Source of the DNA: Bilabrum cf. latius
Lineage: Eukaryota
Assembly: GCA_965178125.1 (NCBI GenBank)
Contig: OZ237748.1
Location: 1,054,001 to 1,118,000 of the forward strand
DNA: 64,000 nucleotides
Direction of reading: 5' to 3'
The translations under genes and the position numbers were made by a program. Of this stretch, positions 1 through 11,734 are shown piece by piece; position 1 is the first letter of the stretch, and every line of letters starts with the position of its first letter. A model generated the notes under the pieces. The model was not told the DNA's origin. It did not search any database and was given only the letters and a program-made list of their open reading frames with translations.

Positions 1-421
1 CTGCCATTGGGCGACGGGTTTCCGTAGCGTGCTGCCGGCCAGCCCCAGCCCTCGTGCACAGCCCCTAGGCCAGGACCCATCGCCTGACCCAGACGTGGAT
101 CCAGTGGCCCACTCGCCTAGATCGTCGAGCAGCAGCTGCAACACCATTCTCCCGCCCCAACTATGCGAGTCTACATCCGCGTCCCCGACCTGTTCTATGG
201 TACGCGCTACCTATCTATACATCCCCATCCATACCAGATCTGATCCAAATCTCAGAACTCCTTCGGATATCACCGCCCTTCTTTCCCACATCCCAGCCCT
301 GTCTGTGCCACTTGTTTCTTCGAATCCACCCACCCTATCCACCATGTATTCTTCATCCCTCCTCTTCGACACTTCATATTCATCTCACGCATGTACTGCC
401 TCCAGTGCAAAGCCACAGCCC

Positions 422-2246
422 TCAACGCCACATGCCCAAGTCCGCGCCCTGATCCTTCAGCAACGCCTCGCATTCAACGTGCCCACCCCGTACAGCCGCT
501 TCCAAAGCTGTCACATACTCACCAGCATCACCTAAATCACCCGCCAGCAAACAACCCTTCCGATGATGCCCGCCAGCCAGCTTGCCTAATCGCAGACGCT
601 TGGCCAGTTCCAGAGGCCTCCCCTCGCTCGCTGCTTTAAACACCAGTGCTACATCCCTGTGCGCCTCCATCCCCTACCGCCAGCCCACCACCGCCCATAT
701 CCTATCGCGCGGATCTGGAGGTCCTTCACGAAGTGTCTCACGATCCCCTGTTGCCTTGAGGTGGTCGATGATGAGCCGGAGAAGCCGCTGGGGGTTGCCG
801 CGTGTTGATGGCAGGAGTGCTGGCACAAACGATGGTCTGTACCGGTAGCTCAATAATTTGAGATTGGCGGGCGGTTCCTGCAGCAAATGTTCAATAGAAG
901 TCCCATCATCCGATACAAAGTCTAATCTAGCACCGGCTTGCAGAAGGTGCATGAGTCCGCTGATGTCTTTGTAGATCTAGGTTAGGACCACCAGAGGGAG
1001 GCCAGACTGGGAGGGAACAGGTCAGGTAGAAACAATTGTTGAGAGGACGATCATCAGCACTGCAATCATGACGCAGCGATACATGTGGTACATACTACTT
1101 ATGTACCTTGATTCTCACTTTATCTATCCGGTCCGCCGACATGCCGTGCTTGAGCAACAGCGGTATCTTGCCTCTGAAAATCCCTGGAACATATGCTTTG
1201 GTCTTCTCAGCCACATGGCAGTCTGGATCTGCCCCTCTTGACAGCAAGATGCGCAATATTGCGCCCTTAATTGGCGGTTTACATGATGCAATTTCCAGCA
1301 AAGGGGTATCGAAGGGATTGTGCTGTGATAGAGAAAGTAGGGAAAGAGGCGCAGCGCTCGTGCAACAATAGCACGCAATTCGTTGTAACTGACAAACACA
1401 GCGCATGCCATGCGATGCTCTCACGCTGTTGTCCAGTGGAACCCCAGCATCGAGCAGCAATCTGCAAACCTTGGGGGCATCTGTTTTCTTGCCTAGTGAA
1501 CGACAATTTCGGACTATTCTGTCAGTCTGCGCTCGAGAAAGATGTTTCGTTGGCCTCAAATACATAAGACGTATGAAACTTGTTATACACGTCTGAACAC
1601 ACAGCAGGCATGAAACAATACTCCCCTAACTCACCCTCTTGCACAGGTTAAGCCCATGACGGATTTGCAGCGCCACGCCCACCGCTCGGCCCATGCTGTA
1701 CATCTCCTGCAGTCTCGAACATGAGCAAGTTACTAGATGGGAATAGTTCCATTCTCAACATTCAATTGCACAAACGAATGATCTGCACTCTCACCGGTGG
1801 GATCCCCCAGCTGTACAGCAGGCCAAGCACCGATTCAAAGACAGAATCTTCGGCACCACGCAGCCAGGCTTCCATGCTCTGTCTCACAGTCTGCTTTCAG
1901 GGAGAATGCAATTCAAAGCAGGATACCAACGTGCAGAGCTTCATCATCAAATGCAAGAATGCTCTTGCGATTCGGATTCACCCAGTGCGTGAAGTCAACT
2001 CCTGCCTCTCGGCAGACTTCCCAGTACGAAAGGGGCAGGTCTTTGCCACGCAAAAACTTGATCGTGGACTGCGGCTTAAAACTGGGGACCAATGAATGCT
2101 AGAAATTTCGGGACACAGCAGAAAGGTATTGAATGAACGCTATGGCAACTCACTGGAGCGTATTGCAGCAGTTCATCTAGTTGGTGTCTGTGATGGCTGA
2201 CAACCTCATCAAAGCCTTTGGCGTTGAGAATATCCACCAGCTCCAT
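422..2246 (-). CDS. Ankyrin-repeat protein, tandem copy 1 (multi-exon; TAG read as Gln; 3' end approximate)
   Basis: Exons give MELVDILNAKGF..., VCRLLLDAGVPLDN, LLSRGADPDC, LLLKHGMSAD, LLQAGARLDFVSDDGTS and TALEAAVRGGHVECEALLKDQGAD (ankyrin-like). Short GT-AG introns, e.g. 2069-2153. In-frame TAG at GWR*GMEA. Confidence 0.7.
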
Positions 2247-3215
2247 AACTAGTGGTCTTACGACAAGCAATATGTCACTGGATTTGCTTTTGCAGAAATT
2301 GCATTGAAGCTGTGAGGGAACGTTCGTCAGGCTTCTATGAGAATATCTACCCATCTATGATCACACGTTGTAAAATATGGCGAGTGCTGCCCCTCAGTGC
2401 CTGATTAGCAGGCGGCTTCATCGCCGCTCAACTCTTATAGCGACCTTCCACCTTCCACATCCGGATGTGGTCGGGTGATCCGATCCCATAATCCGAGCCA
2501 CTCGTTCGTCTCACAAACGCCAGCACCTCCAGCTGCCCAGCCTGTGCCTCCCCCTTCCAATCCGCCGTATCAAACCGAGGACCCCACCAATCATCTTATT
2601 TTCCATTCCTTGCTCCACCCCTTCGGTGAACTATCGCCCCCTCCCCATCTGCTCCGCTCTCGTCCCCCATACGCTCACCCTTCGTCCCCGCCGCTCCTGC
2701 TCTTCATCCCTAGCCGCTCTCTCTCTCTCACTCCGACGCATCCCTACGTCGCATCTGAGCCTGCAACTCGAGCAAGTCCTGCGACCACCGCTCCACCTCA
2801 ATCTCAAATACTGTGCTGGCCTCAACAACCAACACGCTGCCTTTGGGCGACGGGTTTCCGTAGCGTGCTGCCGGCCAGCCACAGCCCTCGTGCACAGCCC
2901 CTAGACCAGGACCCATCGCCTGACCCAGACGTGGATCCAGTGGCCCACTCGCCTAGATCGTCGAGCAGCAGCTGCAACACCATTCTCCCGCCCCAACTAT
3001 GCGAGTCTACATCCGCGTCCCCGACCTGTTCTATGGTACGCGCTACCTATCTATACATCCCCATCCATACCAGATCTGATCCAAATCTCAGAACTCCTTC
3101 GGATATCACCGCCCTTCTTTCCCACATCCCAGCCCTGTCTGTGCCACTTGTTTCTTCGAATCCACCCACCCTATCCACCATGTATTCTTCATCCCTCCTC
3201 TTCGACACTTCATAT

Positions 3216-5091
3216 TCATCTCACGCATTTACTGCATCCAGGGCACAGCCACAGCCCTCTACGCCATATGCCCAAGTCCGCGCCCTGATCCTTCAGCAAT
3301 GCCTCGCATTCAACGTGCCCACCCCGTACAGCCGCTTCCAAAGCTGTCACATACTCACCATCATCACCCGAATCACCCGCCGGCAAATAACCCTTCCGAT
3401 GATGCCCGCCAGCCAGCTTGCCTAATCGCAGACGCTTGGCCAGTTCCAGAGGCCTCCCCTCGCTCGCTGCTTTAAACACCAGCGCTGCATCCCTGTGCGC
3501 CTCCATCCCCTACCGCCAGCCCACCACCGCCCATATCCTGTCGCGCGGATCTGGAGGTCCTTCCCGAAGTGTCTCACGATCCCCTGTGGCCTTGAGGTGG
3601 TCGATGATGAGCCGGAGAAGCCGCTGGGGGTTGCCACGTGCTGATGGCAGCAGTGCTGGCACAAATGATGGTCTGTATGGGTAGACGAATCCTTTGAGAT
3701 TGGCGGGCGGCTCCTGCAACAAATGCTCAATAGAAGTCCCGTCATCCGATACAAAGTCTAATCTAGCACCGGCTTGCAGAAGGTGCATGAGTCCGCTAAT
3801 GTCCTCGTAGATCTGGGTCAGGACCACCAGCGGGAGACCAGACTGGGAGGGGACAGGTAAGGTGGAAATGATTGCTGAAAGAATGCATAGCTGCTCGCAA
3901 TAGCAGCATTGAACTCATGGCTAGTCAATGCATGGGATACATACCACTTCTGTACCTTGATGCTCACTTTGTCTATCCGGTCTGCCGACATGCCGTGTTT
4001 GAGCAACAGCGGTATCTTGCCGTCAAATGCCCATGGAGCATATGCTTTGGTCTTCTCAGCCACATGGCAGTCCGGATCGGCCCCTCGGGAAAGCAAAGTG
4101 CGCGATATTGCGCCCTTAATTGGCGGTTTACATGATGGGAACTCCAGCAATGGAGAATCGAAGGGATTGTGCTGTGATAGGGATAGAATGGAACGGGTTG
4201 CAGCGCTCGTGCAGCAAAAGTATGCCATCCGTTGTAACTGACAAACACAGCGCATGCCATGCGATGCTCTCACGCTGTTGTCCAGTGGAACCCCAGCATC
4301 GAGCAGCAATCTGCAAACCTTGGGGGCATCTGTTTTCTTGCCTAGTGAACGACAATTTCGGACTATTCTGTAAGTCTGCGCACAAGAAGTATGGTCCGTT
4401 CGCCTCGTATACAAGCAACCTGAAATATCATTCATGTCGAAACACACGACAGGCATGACACAATACTCCCCTAACTCACCCTCTTGCACAGGTTAAGCCC
4501 ATGACGGATTTGCAGCGCCACGCCCACCGCTCGGCCCATGCTGTACATCACCTGCGGTCTCGCACATCAACAAGGTACTAGTTGGGAATATTTGCATTCT
4601 CAACATTCAATTGCACAAACAAATGATCTGCACTCTCACCGGTGGGATCCCCCAGCTGTACAGCAGGCCAAGCACCGATTCAAAGACAGAATCTTCGGCA
4701 TCACTTAACCAGGATTCCATACTCTGTCTCACAGCCTGCTTTCGGAGAGAATGCAACTCAAAGCGAGATACCAGCGTACATAGCATCATCATCAAATGCA
4801 CGAATAATCTTGCGATTCGGATTCACCCAGTGCGTGAAGTCAACTCCTGCCTCTCGGCAGACTTCCCAGTACGAAAGAGGCAGGTCTTTGCCACACAAAA
4901 ACATAATTGTGAGCTGCGGTGATGTAACGGAGACCAGCAGACGCTAGAAATTTCAGGACACAGCAGAAAGGTATTCAATGCACCCAATGGCATCTCACTG
5001 GAGCGTATTGCAGCAGTTCATCTAGTTTGTCTCTGTGATGGCCAACAACCTCATCAAAGCCTTTTGCGTTGAGAAGATCCACCAGCTCCAT
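3216..5091 (-). CDS. Ankyrin-repeat protein, tandem copy 2 (multi-exon; 3' end approximate)
   Basis: Paralogue of copy 1 offset by ~2836 bp, with the same exon motifs. Confidence 0.7.
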
Positions 5092-5722
5092 CATTAATAC
5101 TTTTCTTACGACAAGCAATGAGTCACTGGATTTGATTTTGCAGAAATTGCATTGAAGCTGTGAGGGAACGTTCGTCAGGCTTCTATGGGAATATCTACCT
5201 TTCTTCAAAATCTTCCCTACTATGATCACACGTTGTAAAATATGGCGAGCGCTGCCCCTCAGTGCCTGATCAGCAGACGGCTTCATCGCCGCTCAAGTCT
5301 AATAGCGACCTTCCACCTTTGAGATCACACGTTGTACACAGCACCCTAATCTCGCAGACAGTCACACATGGTTGCAGTTGGTTTCCTCCGAGAGCCCATC
5401 CTCAAAGTTACCAAAAAAAGAAAACTGGCGAACGCTGCCCCTCAGCGCCCGAATAGCACGCGGCTTGATTGCCGCTCGAGTCTAATTGTGACCTCTCAAC
5501 TTCCACATCCGCATGTGGTCGGTGATCCGATCCCCCTGATCCGAGTCACTCGTCACACATGCCCAACCCACACTTGCCCGGCCTGTGCCTCCCCCTTCCT
5601 ATCCGCCTCATCAACCCAATGACCCCACCGATCATCTTCTCTTCCACCATTTCCTCCCCCGTTCCGGTGAACCGTGAACCGTCGTCCCCCCCTCCCTTTG
5701 CTCTACCCTCCCCCCCTAGCTG

Positions 5723-5723
<1 letters not shown>

Positions 5724-5780
<57 letters not shown>
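5724..5780. repeat. (CT)n microsatellite within the A repeat (second copy ~8907-8953)
   Basis: Directly visible. Confidence 0.95.
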
Positions 5781-5782
<2 letters not shown>

Positions 5783-5988
5783 CACTCCTCCGCATCGCTA
5801 CGTCGCATCTGAGCCTGCTCCTCGAGCGGGTCCTGCGCCCACCGAGCGACCTCAATCTCAGAGACCTTGCTGGCCTCACCAACTGAGATCACACGTTGTA
5901 CACAGCACCCTAATCTCGCAGACAGTCACACATGGTTGCAGTTGGTTTCCTCCGAGAGCCCATCCTCAAAGTTACCAAGTTCTTCCAG

Positions 5989-7269
5989 TTACTTGGTTGA
6001 GATGGAGCAGTTGAGTACGGCTGCTAGCATGAGTTGGAACTGGGTTGAGCGGATCCCGGCAGGGATCGGGAGTGGCTAGAGGTTGGCCTGCACACTCTTC
6101 AAGTACGCTCGTACGGAGTTGGGGCTGTCCCAGCCACCAAACTGCTACAGATCCAGGATGCCAACCCCCTAGGCATGCAGAGCCGAGGCCGCCGTACCAC
6201 GAAGAGAGTGACCTGTGACAGAGGAATGCCCAGTGGCCGCCTGCATCTCCCGCGCCACCCGCGCCGCCGACAACCCCGAGAACACGTGAGGACTGCCGGA
6301 ACCATCCACAGGACCAGACCTCAACCACGCGTCGAGCGTCGCCGCCGAGGACGCCCCGGTACGGCGCCGGAGCCACTCGAGGAAGACTCGGAGGCCGCAC
6401 GTGCGGGCCCCGACAAGCCCATGCCTGCCCCACTCCAAGGGGAGGGCCGCCGCGACGGAGACGACCCGACTCCGCCGGCTCTTGTTGGTCCGGAGCCGTG
6501 CTGTGAAGCTGAGGATCCGACCGGCCTCGTCACACGTGAGCTGACAGAACCCCCGACAGATACCCCGGCTGGCATCGGACGGGTCGACCGGAACAAGCTC
6601 GCCCAACCGGAAGCCCCCTGCCCAGCAGAGGCCAGCGGCGGCCCGGGCCGCGCTCCAGGTGTCGCCGGCGAACCACTCGCCCAGGGCCCGGAGTGGGATG
6701 AGCGCCTTGGAGACGAGCTCCGAACCCGGACCAGCGAGGGGCCGACGCTTGGACTACCCGATCTGGAGGAGCGCTGTGGAGAGCCACGAGGGCATGCCCC
6801 GCTCGAAGCGCCCGGCAACCGCGTGGACGCGCCAGGCATTCCTGACGTAGGTCCCCATCGAGGACCCCTGGAGCTCTGGGTCCTTCTTGTCGAGCCAGAG
6901 GGCCCACCACTGGCAGAGGACCCCGAGTGACTGAGGGCCACCCTGCCAGATGCCGCCCGCGTCGAAGCTGCAGGAACCGCCGCTGAACCCGGAGCCGGCC
7001 GCAATGGACCGGAGCTCCTCACGTTGGTCGGCGCTGAGGGCACCGAAGAAGTCACGGAGCCGGCGCCAGCCTAGGCGGAGGTTGGAGAACCCGGATCGGC
7101 CACCGCCGCCAAGGACACGCCGCGCTACAGCACCAGCCAAATCGGCCACGGACAGATCTGCCGGTGAGCGGGCTGCCCCAATCTTGTCATCGAAGCTGTC
7201 CTCTGCTTGGAGGAAAGCTGGGACATCCGGCTCAGGCGGTCGGCGAGCTGATTGAACCGGGACGGACAA
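5989..7269 (-). CDS. Tyrosine recombinase of family-1 element (TAG read-through)
   Basis: One frame ending at TAA 5989 if TAG is sense. Motifs GGFRLGEL and GHSLRGTAASALHA*GVGILDL*QFGGWDSPNSVRAYL (R..HxxR..W..Y). Confidence 0.85.
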
Positions 7270-8668
7270 TGCTGCGGGTAGATGGCGAAGTCGAGCAGAG
7301 CTGAATGACGGAGTGCGTGATGCAACAAGGCATTCATGCGCTCCGAGTCAGATCTACCTTTCCTGAGGGCCTTCACGGCAGCCGACGAGTCTGAGTGCAC
7401 CTCCACGATCCGGTTCCGCAGGCGAGAGCCCCACACCTCCACCGCCATCACAGCCACGGCCAGCTCCGCAGCAGGCATATCCCCCGGGCCCAGAGTCACA
7501 GCCCAAGTCCCGTAAAAGCAGGCCGCCACCGCCCGCCGCCGCCCGTGACGCAAGACAGCGCCGAACCCTGTGGTCGACGCGTCACACCACACCGAGAAGT
7601 CTCTGTCGACATCGAACCGGCGAGGGAAGCTGCGACCCGGGTTAGCAGCGATCACCTCCCGCACGAGCCGAAGGGAAGGCACGACCGATGGAGGAACCGC
7701 CACCCGTTGCACCAGCCGCCCCTGACGCCGTAACGGGAGGTACAGCGATAACAGGGGGGCCAACAAGGGCCGCAGCACCCACAACGCATCTGCCGCGTGC
7801 AGGAGCCGACCGGTGACAACCTCCACCTCGCGGCCGACAGTCACCGACCCCGGAGTGAGCAAGGTGTCCAAAGTCTCCAACAACTGCGCCTGCTTGTGTG
7901 CCGTCAGGGAGACCCGCATGGCCTCACCATCCACATGATATCCCACGAACTCGGTAGACGGGCTCAGATCCTGCGTCCGAGCCTTTGACACGGACACCCG
8001 CAGGCCCAACGCCTCGGAGTCATGGTGCAGACGAGCCAGAAGCCAATCCGCGTGCCGGGTGATACAGATGACCGCGCAGTCGTCAACGTAGGTACCCATG
8101 TCACACAGCTGTTGTGGAGTCACTTCCCGCAGCCGATCCCGGAAGGCCTGATGGAAGCCCCGGCCTAGGGTGCACGCAAATGCAGGACTCGAGCGCGAAC
8201 CCATGGAGGCGGTCACGTCTATCATCGCGACCTGGCCAAACGAACCCCAGACCGCCCCCGCCTCAGTGAGGTCGGTGGGGAGCAACCGAAAGAACTTGCT
8301 CCAGTCCAGCACGAACAACGTGAACTCAGCCGGCTCACCCCGCCGCAGGCACGCCGCCTCCATGGCCCGGAGCTTGAAACCCGAGCACGTCGATGCGGTC
8401 CATGACAGCCTCCGCGTACGGCTCCGGGTTGATCTGCCGATTGGGGCCCTGCCGCAGACCCGAGGAGTCAAATGCCGACATGTCCGTGATGCTCCGGGAA
8501 CCAGCACCGTGGGCCTTGGGGATCATGATGGTACGACTCGCGCGGCAGCGAGGAGCCACCGCCCCGGGCACCGCGATCCGCCACCCGCGGCCAAGGGCCA
8601 GACCGCCTTCAAGGAGCTGTTCCCCTGACGCGCTGCCGGAACCACCATGGGCCGGGACCGGAGCAGCT
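7125..8668 (-). pseudogene. Reverse transcriptase/RNase H, 5'-truncated with a frameshift near 8380
   Basis: LDWSKFF, SMGSRSSP, YVDD, FVGY, WCDASTTGFGA, SDS and NQLADRLSR motifs. The upstream MIPK...ITDMS segment is in another frame. Confidence 0.8.
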
Positions 8669-8905
8669 TGTGACCTCTCAACTTCCACATCCGCATGTGG
8701 TCGGTGATCCGATCCCCCTGATCCGAGTCACTCGTCACACATGCCCAACCCACACTTGCCCGGCCTGTGCCTCCCCCTTCCTATCCGCCTCATCAACCCA
8801 ATGACCCCACCGATCATCTTCTCTTCCACCATTTCCTCCCCCGTTCCGGTGAACCGTGAACCGTCGTCCCCCCCTCCCTTTGCTCTACCCTCCCCCCCCT
8901 AGCTG

Positions 8906-8955
<50 letters not shown>

Positions 8956-9855
8956 CACTCCTCCGCATCGCTACGTCGCATCTGAGCCTGCTCCTCGAGC
9001 GGGTCCTGCGCCCACCGAGCGACCTCAATCTCAGAGACCTTGCTGGCCTCACCAACCCACATCCGCATGTGGTCGGGTAATCCAATCCCATAATCTGAGC
9101 CACTCGTCTCACAAACGCCCAAACCCCCACCTGCCAGGCCTGTGCCTCCCCCTTCCAATCCGCCGTATCGACCCGATGGCCCCACCAATTATCTTCTCCT
9201 CCACTACTTCCTCACCCGCTTTGGTGAACCATCGCCCCCTCCCCATCTGCTCCGCTCTCAACCCCCATACGCTCACCCTTCGTCGCCGCCGCTCCTGGTC
9301 TGCATCCCTAGCCGCTCTCTCTCTCACACTCCTCCGCATCGCTGCTTTGCATCTGCTCCTGCAACTCGCGCGAGTCCTGCGACCACCGCTCCACCTCAAT
9401 CTCAAATACTGTGCTGGCCTCACCAACCAACACGCTGCCATTGGGCGACGGGTTTCCACAGCGTGCTGCCGGCCAGCCCCAGCCCTCGTGCACAGCCCCT
9501 AGGCCAGGACCCATCGCCTGACCCAGACGTGGATCCAGTGGCCCACTCGCCTAGATCGTCGAGCAGCAGCTGCAGCACCATTCTCCCGCCCCAACTATGC
9601 GAGTCTACATCCGCGTCCCCGACCTGTTCTATGGTACGCGCTACCTATCTATACATCCCCATCCATACCAGATCTGATCCAAATCTCAGAACTCCTTCGG
9701 ATATCACCGCCCTTCTTTCCCACATCCCAGCCCTGTCTGTGCCACTTGTTTCTTCGAATCCACCCACCCTATCCACCATGTATTCTTCATCCCTCCTCTT
9801 CGACACTTCATATTCATCTCACGCATGTATTGCGTCCAGCGCACAGCCACAGCCC

Positions 9856-11680
9856 TCAACGCCATATACCCAAGTCCGCGCCCTGATCCTTCAGCAACGC
9901 CTCGCATTCAACGTGCCCACCCCGTACAGCCGCTTCCAAAGCTGTCACACACGTACCAGCATCACCTGAATCACCCGCCAGCAAATAACCCTTCCGATGA
10001 TGCCCGCCAGCCAGCTTGCCTAATCGCAGACGCTTGGCCAGTTCCAGAGGCCTCCCCTCGCTCGCTGCTTTAAACACCAGCGCTGCATCCCTGTGCGCCT
10101 CCATCCCCTACCGCCAGCCCACCACCGCCCATATCCTATCCCGCGGATCTGGAGGTCCTTCCCGTAGTGTCTCACGATCCCCTGTGGCCTTGAGGTGGTC
10201 GATGATGAGCCGGAGAAGCCGCTGGGGGTTGCCGCGTGCTGATGGCAGCAGTGCTGGCACAAACGATGGTCTGTGTGGGTAGATAAATAGTTTGAGATCG
10301 CCTGGCGGCTCCTGTAGCAAATGCTCGATAGAAGTCCCATCATCCGATACAAAGTCTAATCTAGCACCGGCTTGCAACAGATGCATGAGTCCGCTGATGT
10401 CTTTGTAGATCTAAGTTAGGACCACCAGAGGGAGGCCAGACTGGGAGGGAACAGGTTAGGTAGAAACAATTGTTGAGAGGACGATCATCAGCACTGCAAT
10501 CATGACGCAGCGATACATGTGGTACATACTACTTATGTACCTTGATTCTCACTTTATCTATCCGGTCCGCCGACATGCCGTGCTTGAGCAACAGCGGTAT
10601 CTTGCCGTCAAATGCCCATGGAGCGTATGCTTTGGTCTTCTCAGCCACATGGCAGTCTGGATCTGCCCCTCTGGACAGCAAGGTACGCGATATTGCGCCT
10701 TTAATTGGCGGTTGACACGATGCAAATTCCAGAAAAGGAGTATCGAAGGGATTGTGCTGTGATAGAGCAGGTAGGGAAAGAGGCGCAGCGCACGTGCAGC
10801 AAAAGCACGTAATCCGTTGTAACTGACAAACACAGCGCATGCCATGCGATGCTCTCACGCTGTTGTCCAGTGGAACCCCAGCATCGAGCAGCAATCTGCA
10901 AACCTCGGGGGCATCTGTTTTCTTGCCTAGTGAACGACAATTTCGGACTATTCTGTCAGTCTGCGCTCGAGAAAGATGTTTCGTTGGCCTCAAATACATA
11001 AGACGTATGAAACTTGTTATACACGTCTGAACACACAGCAGGCATGAAACAATACTCCCCTAACTCACCCTCTTGCACAGGTTAAGCCCATGACGGATTT
11101 GCAGCGCCACGCCCACCGCTCGGCCCATGCTGTACATCACCTGCGGTCTCGTACATGAGCAAATCACTTAGTGGGAGTTGTTCCATTCTCAACACTCTAT
11201 TGCACAAACGAATGATCTGCACTCTCACCGGTGGGATCCCCCAGCTGTACAGCAGGCCAAGCACCGATTCAAAGACAGAATCTTCGGCACCACGCAGCCA
11301 GGCTTCCATGCTCTGTCTCACAGCCTGCATGCAGAAAGAATGCGATTCAAAGCAGGATACCAGCGTGCACAGCTTCATAATCAAATGTAAGGATACTATT
11401 GCGATTCGGATTCACCTAGTGCGTGAAGTCAACTCCTGCCTCTCGGCAGACTTCCCAGTACGAAAGGGGCAGGTCTTTGCCACACAAAAACTTAATTGTG
11501 AACTGCGGTGATGTAACGGAGACCAATGGACGCTAGAAATTTCAGGACACAGCAGAAAGGTACTGAATGAATGCAATGGCAACTCACTGGGGCGTATCGC
11601 AGCAGTTCATCAAGTTTGTCTCTGTGATGGCTGACAACCTCATCAAAGCATTTTGCCTTAAGAAGATCCACCAACTCCAT
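9856..11680 (-). CDS. Ankyrin-repeat protein, tandem copy 3 (multi-exon; 3' end approximate)
   Basis: Paralogue of copies 1 and 2. Confidence 0.7.
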
Positions 11681-11734
11681 AAATGGTGGTGTTACGACAA
11701 GCAATAAATCACTGGATTAGATTTTGCAAAAATT

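Larger units (their letters stand above)
5320..9056 (-). mobile_element. Ngaro-like YR retrotransposon, family 1, internally deleted (gag and 5' pol missing)
   Basis: Split direct repeats A1 ~8669-9056, B1 5884-5978, A2 ~5488-5883, B2 5320-5412. Inserted without TSD between ccacctt and ccacatcc; the empty site is visible in tandem copy 1 at ~2447-2461. Carries RT/RNaseH and YR ORFs. Confidence 0.85.

Noticed and set aside
29-535. Plus-strand Pro/Ser-rich ORFs (also 2475-3425 and 9142-9969)
   Set aside because: No recognisable domain, partly antisense to the ankyrin gene, and open frames are expected in C-rich DNA.
5488-9056. ~400-bp target-site duplication around the family-1 fragment
   Set aside because: Better explained as the A1/A2 split direct repeats, because the host sequence rejoins at 5319/9057.
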